A DNA stretch of 63,344 nucleotides, the filler included, from Octopus bimaculoides (Eukaryota), in NCBI RefSeq assembly GCF_001194135.2. It is 4 parts of 4 records of this genome, joined end to end, with 100 filler letters (N's around TTAATTAATTAA, not from the genome) between each part and the next. Parts side by side here need not be neighbours in the genome. Positions count along the whole stretch, not along the records: positions 31,767 to 58,572 come from NC_068984.1; positions 58,673 to 62,155 come from NW_026397718.1; positions 62,256 to 63,344 come from NW_026308093.1; 1 more part is not named here. The stretch is one strand, 5' to 3'. Shown one piece after another: positions 52,716-63,344 of this stretch. Position numbers and translations under genes: made by a program. The first letter of the stretch is position 1, and each line of letters begins with the position of its first letter. The notes beneath the pieces are model-generated. The model made no database searches. It worked only from the letters and a program-made list of their open reading frames with translations, and was not told the DNA's origin.

Positions 52716-52908
52716 AAGAGCTGGAAGAGGGAGACAGCGATGAGTAAAAAAAGTGCAGTTTGACAAGGAGAAAGAAATATGAAGGTAATAATTGAAAGGG
52801 TGTGTACACTGGGAGAGTGAGGTGAGAAGGAAATAAAAGGAAGAAAGTAACAAAGACAAGGGAAATATTTGAATGCGGAGAAGAAGAAGTGAGATATGAT
52901 AAACAAAG

Positions 52909-52998
<90 letters not shown>

Positions 52999-53144
52999 AA
53001 GAGAGAGAGATAAACGATAAAAGAAAGAATATGGTAAAAGTGAAAGAAAAAAGCGCGGGATATAAGTGATTATAATAAGGAAACTACTTTAAAAATTCTT
53101 CATTGGCAACAAGGGTCAATAGAACTGCGGAGATTTACATGTTG

Positions 53145-53342
53145 TTCTTTAATTCTTTTATTTATTTTGACTGCGGCCATGCTGGAGCACCGAATTTTAT
53201 TCGAGCAAATCGATCCCAGGACTTATTTTTGTAAGCCTATTGCTTATTCTGTCGATATCTTTTGCGGAACCGCTAAAGTTAAGGGGACGTAAAAACCGAC
53301 ACACAAGCATACACATATACATACATACATATATACATATAC

Positions 53343-53375
<33 letters not shown>

Positions 53376-53475
53376 NNNNNNNNNNNNNNNNNNNNNNNNN
53401 NNNNNNNNNNNNNNNNNNNNNNNNNNNNNNNNNNNNNNNNNNNNNNNNNNNNNNNNNNNNNNNNNNNNNNNNNNN

Positions 53476-53517
<42 letters not shown>

Positions 53518-53680
53518 AGACGGGCTTCTTTTAGTATCCGACTACTAAATCCACTCACAAGACTTTGGTCGCCCCGAGGCTATAGTAAAAGAAACCTGAC
53601 CAATGTGCCCCGCAGTAGGACTAAATCCGGAATCATGTGGTTGGTAAACAAGCTACTTAGCACACAACCACTCCTGCTCC
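53145..53680 (-). mobile_element. Full SINE family C with expanded internal microsatellite and gap
   Basis: Tail 53145-53300, microsatellite and gap, then head 53518-53680. Confidence 0.85.
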
Positions 53681-54077
53681 TGAAAGCAGCAAAACAATAG
53701 CAATTAACGAAAAAATTGTTAACAAACAAAATTCTCTAATAGCAGAGAGTACCACACATTCGGACCATCTTTGTTATATTCAACCACCTTTCCATAAATA
53801 TATTAAGATGCAGCACGTCTATTTCCACACTCATCTCCGATTCCAAATGGAAATTTTGAAAGTCGATGAGTACTTGTTCTGAAGTGGAAAGTGTCTTTGT
53901 CTTTACATTTTTTTTATATAGCTACCTTGAAGTGGAAAATTGCTTGCCTTTCTCGACCAAAGCAGGATGTTAGAGCAATCAGCACCATGGAGTCGTCAGA
54001 TACCCAGACTTGTCCTTCACATAATACTTCCTATTCGACATAAGTCCCTGCGCTAGCGCTCTTCGGGTATGCATAGG

Positions 54078-54127
54078 GCAAGGTATGCGTAGGACAAAGA
54101 AAGCTTCTTGCCCTACGCATACCTTGC
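54078..54127. repeat. 50-nt near-perfect inverted repeat (hairpin)
   Basis: GCAAGGTATGCGTAGGACAAAGAA-AGC-TTCTTGCCCTACGCATACCTTGC has a 16-bp perfect outer stem. Confidence 0.9.
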
Positions 54128-54484
54128 ACTACCAAACCTGCAGATTTTTTCCTGGACCGACAATACACCCCACCCAGTAGCACTGTCAGATAGCAAATTA
54201 TCATAGGCCCTGGACTAAAAGTCCACTGAAAAAGATCTGCTTCATTATATTTTATTGCACTTACACAACACTGATCCTTTACACAACACCATGACTGAAA
54301 ATCGTTCTTCTGATTACTGTTGTTGTTGCTGGTGCTGCTGCTTTTGTGTTTGTTGTTACTGATATTGCCGCATGCTTATATGTATCAGCTATCATGCTTA
54401 TTTGACTAACTCTCAATGGCTGTACAAGCCATTCATACTCTCCATTTCGAACCATGATTGTTATTATTATTATCATTATTATTA

Positions 54485-54569
<85 letters not shown>

Positions 54570-54824
54570 GTCTTAAATCAGTTGTTAAATTCAAGTAAAA
54601 TGCAGTAAATTCCGATTCGAAGAACCAAGATAAAGTGAAATTTAAGATTTCCTCGGAAACTTCGTCAGATTAGCAACAAAACAGAACAAATCTTTTGAAG
54701 AAGTATTCAAATAAACAAAACTGACATGGAATGCCGATACATGAGAACAACAACATCAACCACAATTCTACTACATACAATAGTAATAACAATAACAATA
54801 ACAATAGTAATAATGGTTTAACAT

Positions 54825-54990
54825 TTTGGCACGAGGCTAAGAATTTCACAGAAGGGAGTAAATCGATCACATTGTAACTAGGATGAAGAGTAAAGTTGAC
54901 AGCGGTAGAATTTGAACTCAGTAAGTTAAAACGGACAAAATGCCACCAAATATTTTTCCCGGGATAGTAATGATTCTGCTAGCTCACCGC
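54825..54990 (-). mobile_element. Degenerate SINE family B
   Basis: TTTTGGCACGAGGC...AAAGTTGACAGCGGTAGAATTTGAACTCAG...ATTCTGCTAGCTCACCGC. Confidence 0.7.
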
Positions 54991-55009
54991 AATAATAATA
55001 ATAATATGA

Positions 55010-55200
<191 letters not shown>

Positions 55201-55751
55201 CGAAGAAAATAATCGAAGAAAAGAGAAAGGAATTAAGAAGATTTTGTGATGATGATGATAATGATGAGGTGGAGGAGGAGGAGAAGTAGTAGTGGTAGTG
55301 GTGGTGGTGGTGGTGGTGGTAGTGGTGGTGGTAGTGACAACGATGATGATGACAATTTTGACGCGGATAGTAGTGACATGAAGGGGGGAATTTAAAGATG
55401 AAACAGAGAAAGAAAGAATCAAGCAACGAAGGAAATAAACTTTTGAATGGCTTCAGTCCTTGGATCTTTGAAGAGATTAAGAATTACGACGAAATTCTGT
55501 TATCAAATAAAGTTTCTGTTGAAGATCTTAGTTTCTTTACTTTCTGTAAAGGCATGGATTAAATGCAGCGAGCTATTGAGATTACGAGAGAGAAAAAAGT
55601 TTGAAATCAAAATCAAAAGATGAATAAATTGATTATCAAACATGTTTTGCATGTGCCTATAAATATATACAAATGTTTGATAACGTATACGTCTACGCGC
55701 ACACACACACACATCCTTACGCGTGTGTGTGTACATATGTGTGTGTGTGTG

Positions 55752-55789
<38 letters not shown>

Positions 55790-56814
55790 AATGTATATAC
55801 ATTAAATATCTATGTGTGTTTGTACATAAACGTATAAGTGTGGGTGCATGTATATCTATATATGTAGGAGGAGTGTGTGTGTCTGTGGCTGTGTGTGAAT
55901 ATGCATTTGTATGTTGCATTTGTATATAAGCATACATATGTGAGTGTGTGCGTAGGCACTCGTTTGTGCATACGTTTCTGAGTGCGAAGATGTGTGTGCA
56001 TGTGTGTGTCTTGATATTTGGGTTTATAACTGTGTTTGTTTTAAAAGAAAAGATTAACGGGTATATTGAAATCATCCACGAGAGCAGAATCGAAAGAGGA
56101 AACTGCAAAACAAGAAGTAGTGCAACAACAGCATCAGCAGTTGCAGTTACTACCACATAAATCTACTTCAATATTAGAATCTACAGATGACAAAAAATGC
56201 TTTTGTAAAAAATGCAGCCACAAAAATTCCAGCAGCAACTTCAGTAGTAACTACAGCAGCCTCAACTCTTCGACATTATCTCAAATTCCGCACACATGTC
56301 AGAGTGACTATACTTATACATTTAGTAACCGACGTGAGATTTACTTTTAGAAGTACTTTTAGCCAGTCGATCGACTTGCTAGACATAGGAGCGAGATCTC
56401 CCTCTCAATGCACTCTATGGATTTATGAAAATGGAGGATACAAAGGCCAATTTCTCATTAAATGATAGAATAGTCAAACCTAGAACGTGTTTGATGTATG
56501 ATGATAACGGCTAAAACAATCTTACTTTTAATAATGGAACATTAGAGACATCGATACGAATTAAACTACCATGAACGAGGAGCAAAGAATTGCTTTTTAT
56601 CTGTACAATAAGTAAATGTTTTGGAATCATGGTTTACTTTCTTGAATCACACCCTGTATATGGTTGTTCTTAAATTATCTTCTATAGATGTTAGTGCTGA
56701 AAGGGGAAAATAAACCGAAGCGTGATTTCTAATCAAAATATAATGAACGAAATTCAATTTCTGCAAAATATTTATCTTTTCATCATTTTCCCCATTTTCT
56801 TCCTATTATCATTA

Positions 56815-56945
56815 TTTCACCGAGATTGATTTGCCTCTCATCCTTTCGGGGTTGATAAAAGGTGTACCCGTTGAGCACAGAAGTAGATGTAATCGATTTA
56901 GTCCCTCACTTGAAATTGCTGGCTTTGTGCCAAAATTTGACGTCA
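56815..56945 (+). mobile_element. SINE family B 3' fragment
   Basis: TTGCCTCTCATCCTTTCGGGGTTGATAAAA...GGCTTTGTGCCAAAATTTGA. Confidence 0.75.
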
Positions 56946-57421
56946 TTTTTATTGTTGTTGTTGTCGTTGTGGTCTTCGTCGTCGTTTTCACAAGTAAATG
57001 ATGTCAATTTGGAGCTCATAAATTATCAAACTTTGGTGTTTTGAACGAAGTAATTTTGGTTTCTGTTGTATCAATTTACTCTTAAACTAACTACCTGCTT
57101 CGGAGGCTATCTGACTTATTGAAATGTTTGTGTCCTCGGAGTGAATTTCGAAATCTTGCAAAATGAAGTTACATTAAAAAAACTTATGAGTCCTGAAACC
57201 GAAATGGCAGATATCTGTTCTAAAAGCAATTATGAGATAATTTCCAACTACTTCCTGCTGCACTGAACAAAGAATGTATTAATAACAACAGCAATGAGAC
57301 GACAGCAACAAAAACAATTCAAATGAAATGAGATATGAAAGTAACACTACTACCACCCCAATACCTCACAGCACTACAAATACTAGCGACACCACCAACA
57401 ACGTCAGTGAGACAAATGGAA

Positions 57422-57520
57422 TTTTCTTTTCTACTCTAGGCACAAGGCTCAAAATTTGGCGGGAGGAGGCCACTCCATTAGATCGAACCAGTATGCAACT
57501 GGTACTTAATTTATCACATT
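57422..57520 (-). mobile_element. SINE family B 3' fragment abutting the Tx1-like LINE
   Basis: TTCTTTTCTACTCTAGGCACAAGG...CTGGTACTTAATTTATC. Confidence 0.75.
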
Positions 57521-57524
57521 GGCC

Positions 57525-58572
57525 ACCTCCGCCCTCTCTTTCAGGGATAGCCACCGCCAAGACCATGCCTTGACTACTGCAGCCACCCTGCTCAATACCT
57601 CCGTCCAGTTCTTCTCTATCTGGAGGCCTGGTCCAAACCAAACTCCCAGCAACTTAACCGGTCCCTCCGTCCAGCACCCAACAACGCTGTCTGAAGGCAT
57701 CGACTTGCCAACCCAGGTGCCGAGCTGCAAGCCGACCGACTTTTCCGGTTAATCTTTTCTCCTGCCACCTCCTCGTAAGCTTCAATAGTGTTACCCACTT
57801 CACGTAGGCGTGCTACTGAGGTTACGCTGATAGTGATATCATCCGCGTAAGCCGAAACAGAATTCTCTAGACCTGGTTCTCTCGGAATATCACTCAACTT
57901 TCGCAGTAGGGGCTCGAGAACCACAACATACAAAAGCGGTGAGAGCGGACATACTTGACGAACCGAGCGTCTGATGCAGAACGGCTTCGAAAGGAAACCG
58001 TTCACCCGAACGATCGAGTCAATGTTGTGGTACAAAGCGATAAACCACCTGAGGAAGCCAAGGCCCAGGCCGAACCACACAAGCACAGTCGCCAGGAATC
58101 GATGGTCAACCCTATCAAAAGCTTTAAACTGGTCCAAATGTACCAATGCCCCACCTTTGCCAGATTTATTACTAACCCTCTCTATGGTATAGCGAATAAG
58201 ATGGAGGGTATCCTGAATGGTTCTGCCTGGGATGACACATTTCTGTGCCTCCCCGACTATACCATTCGCGACACAGGCCAACATTTTCGCTAAGACCTTG
58301 GCCAAAAATCTTCACTTCTGCGTTTAACAGAGTGATGGGCCTGAAATTCTCTATAATGTCCCACTTGTCGGGTTCTTCTGACCAAGGTCACTACTCCCCG
58401 GCGCACAGAGCTGGGGATAAACCCATTCTGTTGCCAGTTCGCGTAAACTTCAGCCAGTAGATGCGCGAACAAGTCTGGAATACATTTATACAGCTCGTAC
58501 GGAAGGCCATCAAGTCCCGGAAACCTACCCGCTTTACAGTCACCTTCACATACGGGATTGGCCCTTTGCAAG
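57525..58572 (-). mobile_element. Tx1/L1-clade LINE reverse transcriptase fragment
   Basis: PGLDGLPYELY; KVLAKML; IPGRTIQD; LDQFKAFDRVDH; VRQVCPLSPLLY; SAYADDIT; KLLGVWFG. Truncated by a gap. Confidence 0.92.
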
Positions 58573-58672
58573 NNNNNNNNNNNNNNNNNNNNNNNNNNNN
58601 NNNNNNNNNNNNNNNNTTAATTAATTAANNNNNNNNNNNNNNNNNNNNNNNNNNNNNNNNNNNNNNNNNNNN

Positions 58673-58706
<34 letters not shown>

Positions 58707-59005
58707 GTGTGTCTGTGTGTGTATATATATATTTGTTTATGTGTGTGAATATTTATCACTCTCTTTCTCTCTCTCTCTCTCTCACACACACACTCATTCT
58801 GACCCACATACGTACATACACACACGTAAGGAAAGGCGCGTAGACGTATTTTAGCGTTTAAAGAGACATTTTTTTCCCGTCCATATAATTTCTTTGCAAA
58901 TGTAATTTCTGTTTTCTTTTCACTTATCGATAAATGTGTCACTTACCGCCCATGTAACGTTTGGATTGCTAGACAAATGTGTGTTGTTTTTTACTATAAT
59001 GTATA

Positions 59006-59049
<44 letters not shown>

Positions 59050-59669
59050 TGTATATGTTTATATCTATATAGGCACAGGAGTGGCTGTGTAGTAAGTGTG
59101 TGTGTATGTGTGTGTGTGTGTGACATCATATACCTGTCTGTGTCTCTACTTTTGTAGGGTCTTCCCCGTTACTGTCACATATTGTGAAATTTTAAAATTA
59201 AGTTGAAATTTCCAAATTTGGTATATTGAAATAATCTTCCACGTTGAATCCGATTTTGTTATTTATTTGTTCCAGAAAAATTGAAGAAAAATCTTACTGT
59301 GTTTTAAAGTTTAATCAATTTCACCTAATCAGAAAACAGGATTTGGTAGCTGGCATTTTCTGCATGATAGCTGTCTATCACAAAATGAAAGCAAAATCAT
59401 TAGGAGGAGGGATTTTATGTAACAAACGAAAGTAGAGCCTTACAACGACCAAACTAGTAAGAACTTCTGAATTTTTAATAAGTTTTTATGAATAAAGTCA
59501 CCTGAAACGGTCGAACAGACATGTGAATAATTTGGAAAGGAAAAAAATGCTCAAAGCAATTTTTTGCGAAAAAATTCCACAGCACTATCCTAGTCAATGG
59601 TTCTATCTGTCGTAGGGGGAAAGGTCTGATATTCAATAAGTGAATATTTGACATTCTGTTGTAAAAATT

Positions 59670-59693
59670 GCCCGGTAACGACGGGCTACTCAG

Positions 59694-59697
<4 letters not shown>
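59670..59697 (+). mobile_element. Probable Helitron-type 3' terminus
   Basis: GCCCG-GTAACGA-CGGGC stem-loop followed 7 nt later by CTAT, a decayed CTAG end. Confidence 0.5.
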
Positions 59698-59730
<33 letters not shown>

Positions 59731-60097
59731 TACATATATATATGGGTGTATGAATTTATCTGTATATTAAGTAATGAAGAAGTTCATTTAATTATGATGG
59801 CATACGTGTTGGTATATCTCCATTATTCTGCGTAAGCAGAAGTCTGTGTGAATACATACATACACACACCTAGAAGTACACAATTATACATACATATATA
59901 TACATTAGTGCCTATACACACGTATATATAGCTTTATATGTATATATGTATATATGTATTTGTATACACACAAACACAAACACACGCATAAAATCACATA
60001 TATATAAATATATATATATATGTGTATATGTATATATATATATATACATATACATATGCATATATATGTATATTTATATACATGAATATATATATAT

Positions 60098-60136
<39 letters not shown>

Positions 60137-61089
60137 NNNNNNNNNNNNNNNNNNNNNNNNNNNNNNNNNNNNNNNNNNNNNNNNNNNNNNNNNNNNNNNN
60201 NNNNNNNNNNNNNNNNNNNNNNNNNNNNNNNNNNNNNNNNNNNNNNNNNNNNNNNNNNNNNNNNNNNNNNNNNNNNNNNNNNNNNNNNNNNNNNNNNNNN
60301 NNNNNNNNNNNNNNNNNNNNNNNNNNNNNNNNNNNNNNNNNNNNNNNNNNNNNNNNNNNNNNNNNNNNNNNNNNNNNNNNNNNNNNNNNNNNNNNNNNNN
60401 NNNNNNNNNNNNNNNNNNNNNNNNNNNNNNNNNNNNNNNNNNNNNNNNNNNNNNNNNNNNNNNNNNNNNNNNNNNNNNNNNNNNNNNNNNNNNNNNNNNN
60501 NNNNNNNNNNNNNNNNNNNNNNNNNNNNNNNNNNNNNNNNNNNNNNNNNNNNNNNNNNNNNGTGTGTGTGTGTGTGTGTGTGTGTGCGTGCGTGCGCGTG
60601 CGTGTGTGGGTGTGTGGGTGTGTGTGCGTATATATAAGTGTGTATATATATATATATATATGTATGTATATATGTATATATACATACGTGTGTGTGTCCG
60701 TATGTATTCTTTGTGCATACAGACATATTTGTGAATGCGTGTGTCTCTATTAATATACATATATAAATGCTTATATATATATGTGTATATATATAATAGT
60801 GTATAAGAGTTTACACACGGAGAGGAGGCCACCGTGTGGATTCTTTACATGCTAGAAAGAGCAGTCAAAACCCAAACCACGAAAGGTATTCTTATATTGT
60901 ACGTTGCCTGTTGGACACTTCAATTAATAAAAATCTCAGTTAACCATATATACCCATGAGTTTCACCATTGATGATCAAATAAATCAGCTAATTAGTAAA
61001 TCACTTGATTAATTAACTATCCGTGGCTGGTCAGTAAGTTCGCTGTGAAATGCATAACTATGAAACTATAATACGCACCAAAAAACACA

Positions 61090-61700
61090 AAGTACACACG
61101 TTCGCACGGGTTTGAGTTTTAATCTGAAGACAATACAAAGGGTTCGGAAAGGGTTGGATGAGTCTAATGGTGATTACGAAGATACGGCAGCTTGGAAATC
61201 CCACTCTGATTGTTCTGATAAGAAAAGAACTCCTGAATTTGTTGATGAGATCCAGGCCATGATTGACAACGATCCCTCCAAGTCAATCAGGTCCATCGCC
61301 AGGGATATGGGAGTGTCTGAGTTTCTTATCAAGCAAGTAGTGCATGAAGACATTCGGTATTCCTCCTACAAGATGAGAAAGGGCCAATTTTTATCCCGAG
61401 CCCATCAAGGACAAGAAGAAAGACCGCATTACGAAGCTTTTGAACAAACTCAAGCATCCCCTCCAATCGAACATGCTTTGGTTTTTCTCAGACGAGAAAA
61501 ATTTCTGCCAGGATCAGATGGTGAACACACAGAGCAACCGCTGGCTTGCCGTGTCCCCAAAACATGTACTGAGAATGATAAAATCAAACATCCAGTCAAC
61601 ATTATGGTGTTTGGAGTGATCACTAGTGATGGTGACATCATACCTCCATTCATCTTCCCACACGGCCTCAGACTCAACACAGGGGCATACATCAAGTGAT
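61090..61700 (+). mobile_element. maT/DD37D-like transposase 5'/central fragment (same family as 7460-8015)
   Basis: RTPEFVDEIQAMIDNDPSKSIRSIARDMGVS...FSDEK(+1)...KHPVNIMVFGVITSDGDIIPPFIFPHGLRLNT. Confidence 0.88.
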
Positions 61701-61717
61701 TGGGGAAGGTACTACTT

Positions 61718-61772
61718 GGTCATAGAATATGTCACAAACTGCGTGACCTTGGTATTACTGGAAAACTGGGAG
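61718..61772 (+). mobile_element. Short CR1-like RT scrap
   Basis: GHRICHKLRDLGITGKLG matches 10955-11000. Confidence 0.5.
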
Positions 61773-62010
61773 TTGTTTTAACAAAGTTGGATTGTGGCGA
61801 TTCTGCAGCTAAACGCTTGTTATTGTGAATAAGGTTGTTGTTCCAGATGCGCTGCTCCTCAGCTTATTAAGTTGTATACTTCACACTATATCAAGTAATG
61901 AGAAAGAGAGAGAGAGAGAGAAGTAGTCAGAGAGATGGATAGATAGAAATAAAGATAAATAGACAGACAGATAGACAGGTAGGTAGGTAGGTAGGTAGAT
62001 ATGTCGACAA

Positions 62011-62059
<49 letters not shown>

Positions 62060-62060
62060 A

Positions 62061-62099
<39 letters not shown>

Positions 62100-62783
62100 G
62101 ATAGTTAGATAGATAGATGGAGAGAAAGAGAGAGAAAAGAACATATATATATATANNNNNNNNNNNNNNNNNNNNNNNNNNNNNNNNNNNNNNNNNNNNT
62201 TAATTAATTAANNNNNNNNNNNNNNNNNNNNNNNNNNNNNNNNNNNNNNNNNNNNAGAGAGAGAGAGAAGATTTGATATTTCAGGTTTATGCTTCTGGGG
62301 CATTGATCTAGGTGTTTGCTTACTCAAATTTTCCAAGTCATGGGGTCCCAGATTTGTTTCCAGTGCATCATTAGTCTGTTTCTCAAGGTTAAACTAGTTT
62401 GGTCTCTGTAATTCCAGACCCTCCACATTTGAGAACATAGATTAAGTTCTTCGAANNNNNNNNNNCAGGTGAAGTGATTTTTTTATGATTTAAATTTCCT
62501 ATTATTTTGCAAAATCATGTCTGGTCGTGGAGAAATATTACCTTGCTTAGAAGCAGGTAAGGGTTGGTGACAGAAAGGGCATGGGGCCTTGGAAAGTTCA
62601 CTTCAATAAGCTGTGTCCAAACCCTTACAACCATGGAAATGTGGTCATTAAAACAACACTGGTGATAGGTATTATTTTCAAGCTATATTTTAGAGAGTTT
62701 CATTGTTAATGACTCCATCATTATGCAACAAAGTATTGTTTCATGTTATTCACTTTGTCTTTTTTCTTTTATAATTTTTCAAG

Positions 62784-62900
62784 TTTACAACTGCAGCAGT
62801 TTTCAATTTCGGTGCAATAATGGTTTTTGTATATCCAAGTATCGAAAATGCAATTCCCACCCTGACTGTACTGATGGATCTGATGAAGGCGCATTCTGTG
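62784..62900 (+). CDS. Internal exon encoding one LDL-receptor class A repeat (host gene unidentified)
   Basis: Acceptor TTTTCTTTTATAATTTTTCAAG and donor G|GTAAAG; 117 nt, symmetric phase 1-1. Peptide (V)YNCSSFQFRCNNGFCISKYRKCNSHPDCTDGSDEGAFC has 6 Cys and the DC.DGSDE motif. Confidence 0.92.
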
Positions 62901-63082
62901 GTAAAGAAACATAAATTTATTTATCATAATGTTTCATTTGCAACAACTACAAATAAACAATGTTAAATCAAAATGCAACCGGATTGAAAGTAAACATCAT
63001 GGTGGTGACACAGTACACCAGTGGACCTGTCCATCCACGGTAATATACGGGCTCATTTATGAGTAGTGTTTCGAAGCTGCAA

Positions 63083-63303
63083 TACAAGGGGGTGCTGAGA
63101 AGTTCCTGGTTTTAACAGTATTGCATAACATCTAGATGGAGGGCCAAAATTCTGAGTCCTTTTACAGATCTTAGAAAAACTGGAAGACCACCGTGATAAG
63201 TGTGTGAATCTGAGAGGGGAATTTGTTGAATGAAATCATGATTACCTGATCTTCCTGTATTTTCATTTACCCGAACCCAGGAACTTCTCAGCACCCTTTT
63301 GTG
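63083..63303. mobile_element. mariner-derived MITE, same family as 20985-21206
   Basis: TIRs TACAAGGGGGTGCTGAGAAGTTCCTGG / CCAGGAACTTCTCAGCACCCTTTTGTG; shared internal TAAGTGTGTGAATCTGAGAGGGGAAT. Confidence 0.82.
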
Positions 63304-63344
63304 CATGCATGTATGTATGTGTTTGTGTGTATATATACATACAT

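Noticed and set aside
56040-56465. Overlapping ORFs rich in Ser/Thr/Gln/Ala
   Set aside because: Low-complexity CAG/ACA-type sequence with no consistent frame or splice boundaries.

Overview
AT-rich, repeat-dense eukaryotic genomic DNA from a draft assembly with many N gaps. The SINE families and the microsatellite load point to a cephalopod, most likely Octopus (inference). Main result: a complete, previously unannotated-looking 4-exon gene on the + strand (13210-13315, 17491-17648, 18731-18957, 21314-21413; 591 nt). It encodes a 196-aa secreted, strongly cationic protein with 10 Cys spaced like stanniocalcin. The ORF track shows only fragments of it. A single symmetric phase-1 LDL-receptor class A exon (62784-62900) marks a second gene that continues beyond the window. 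The rest is decayed mobile DNA: at least three tRNA-derived SINE families with swappable modules, several mariner/Tc1/maT transposons and MITEs, CR1-, Tx1/L1-, R4/Dong- and Penelope-like retroelements, a gypsy protease remnant and a probable Helitron 3' end, plus simple repeats. No rRNA, true tRNA or CRISPR was found. Family names were assigned from motif recall, not from database searches.
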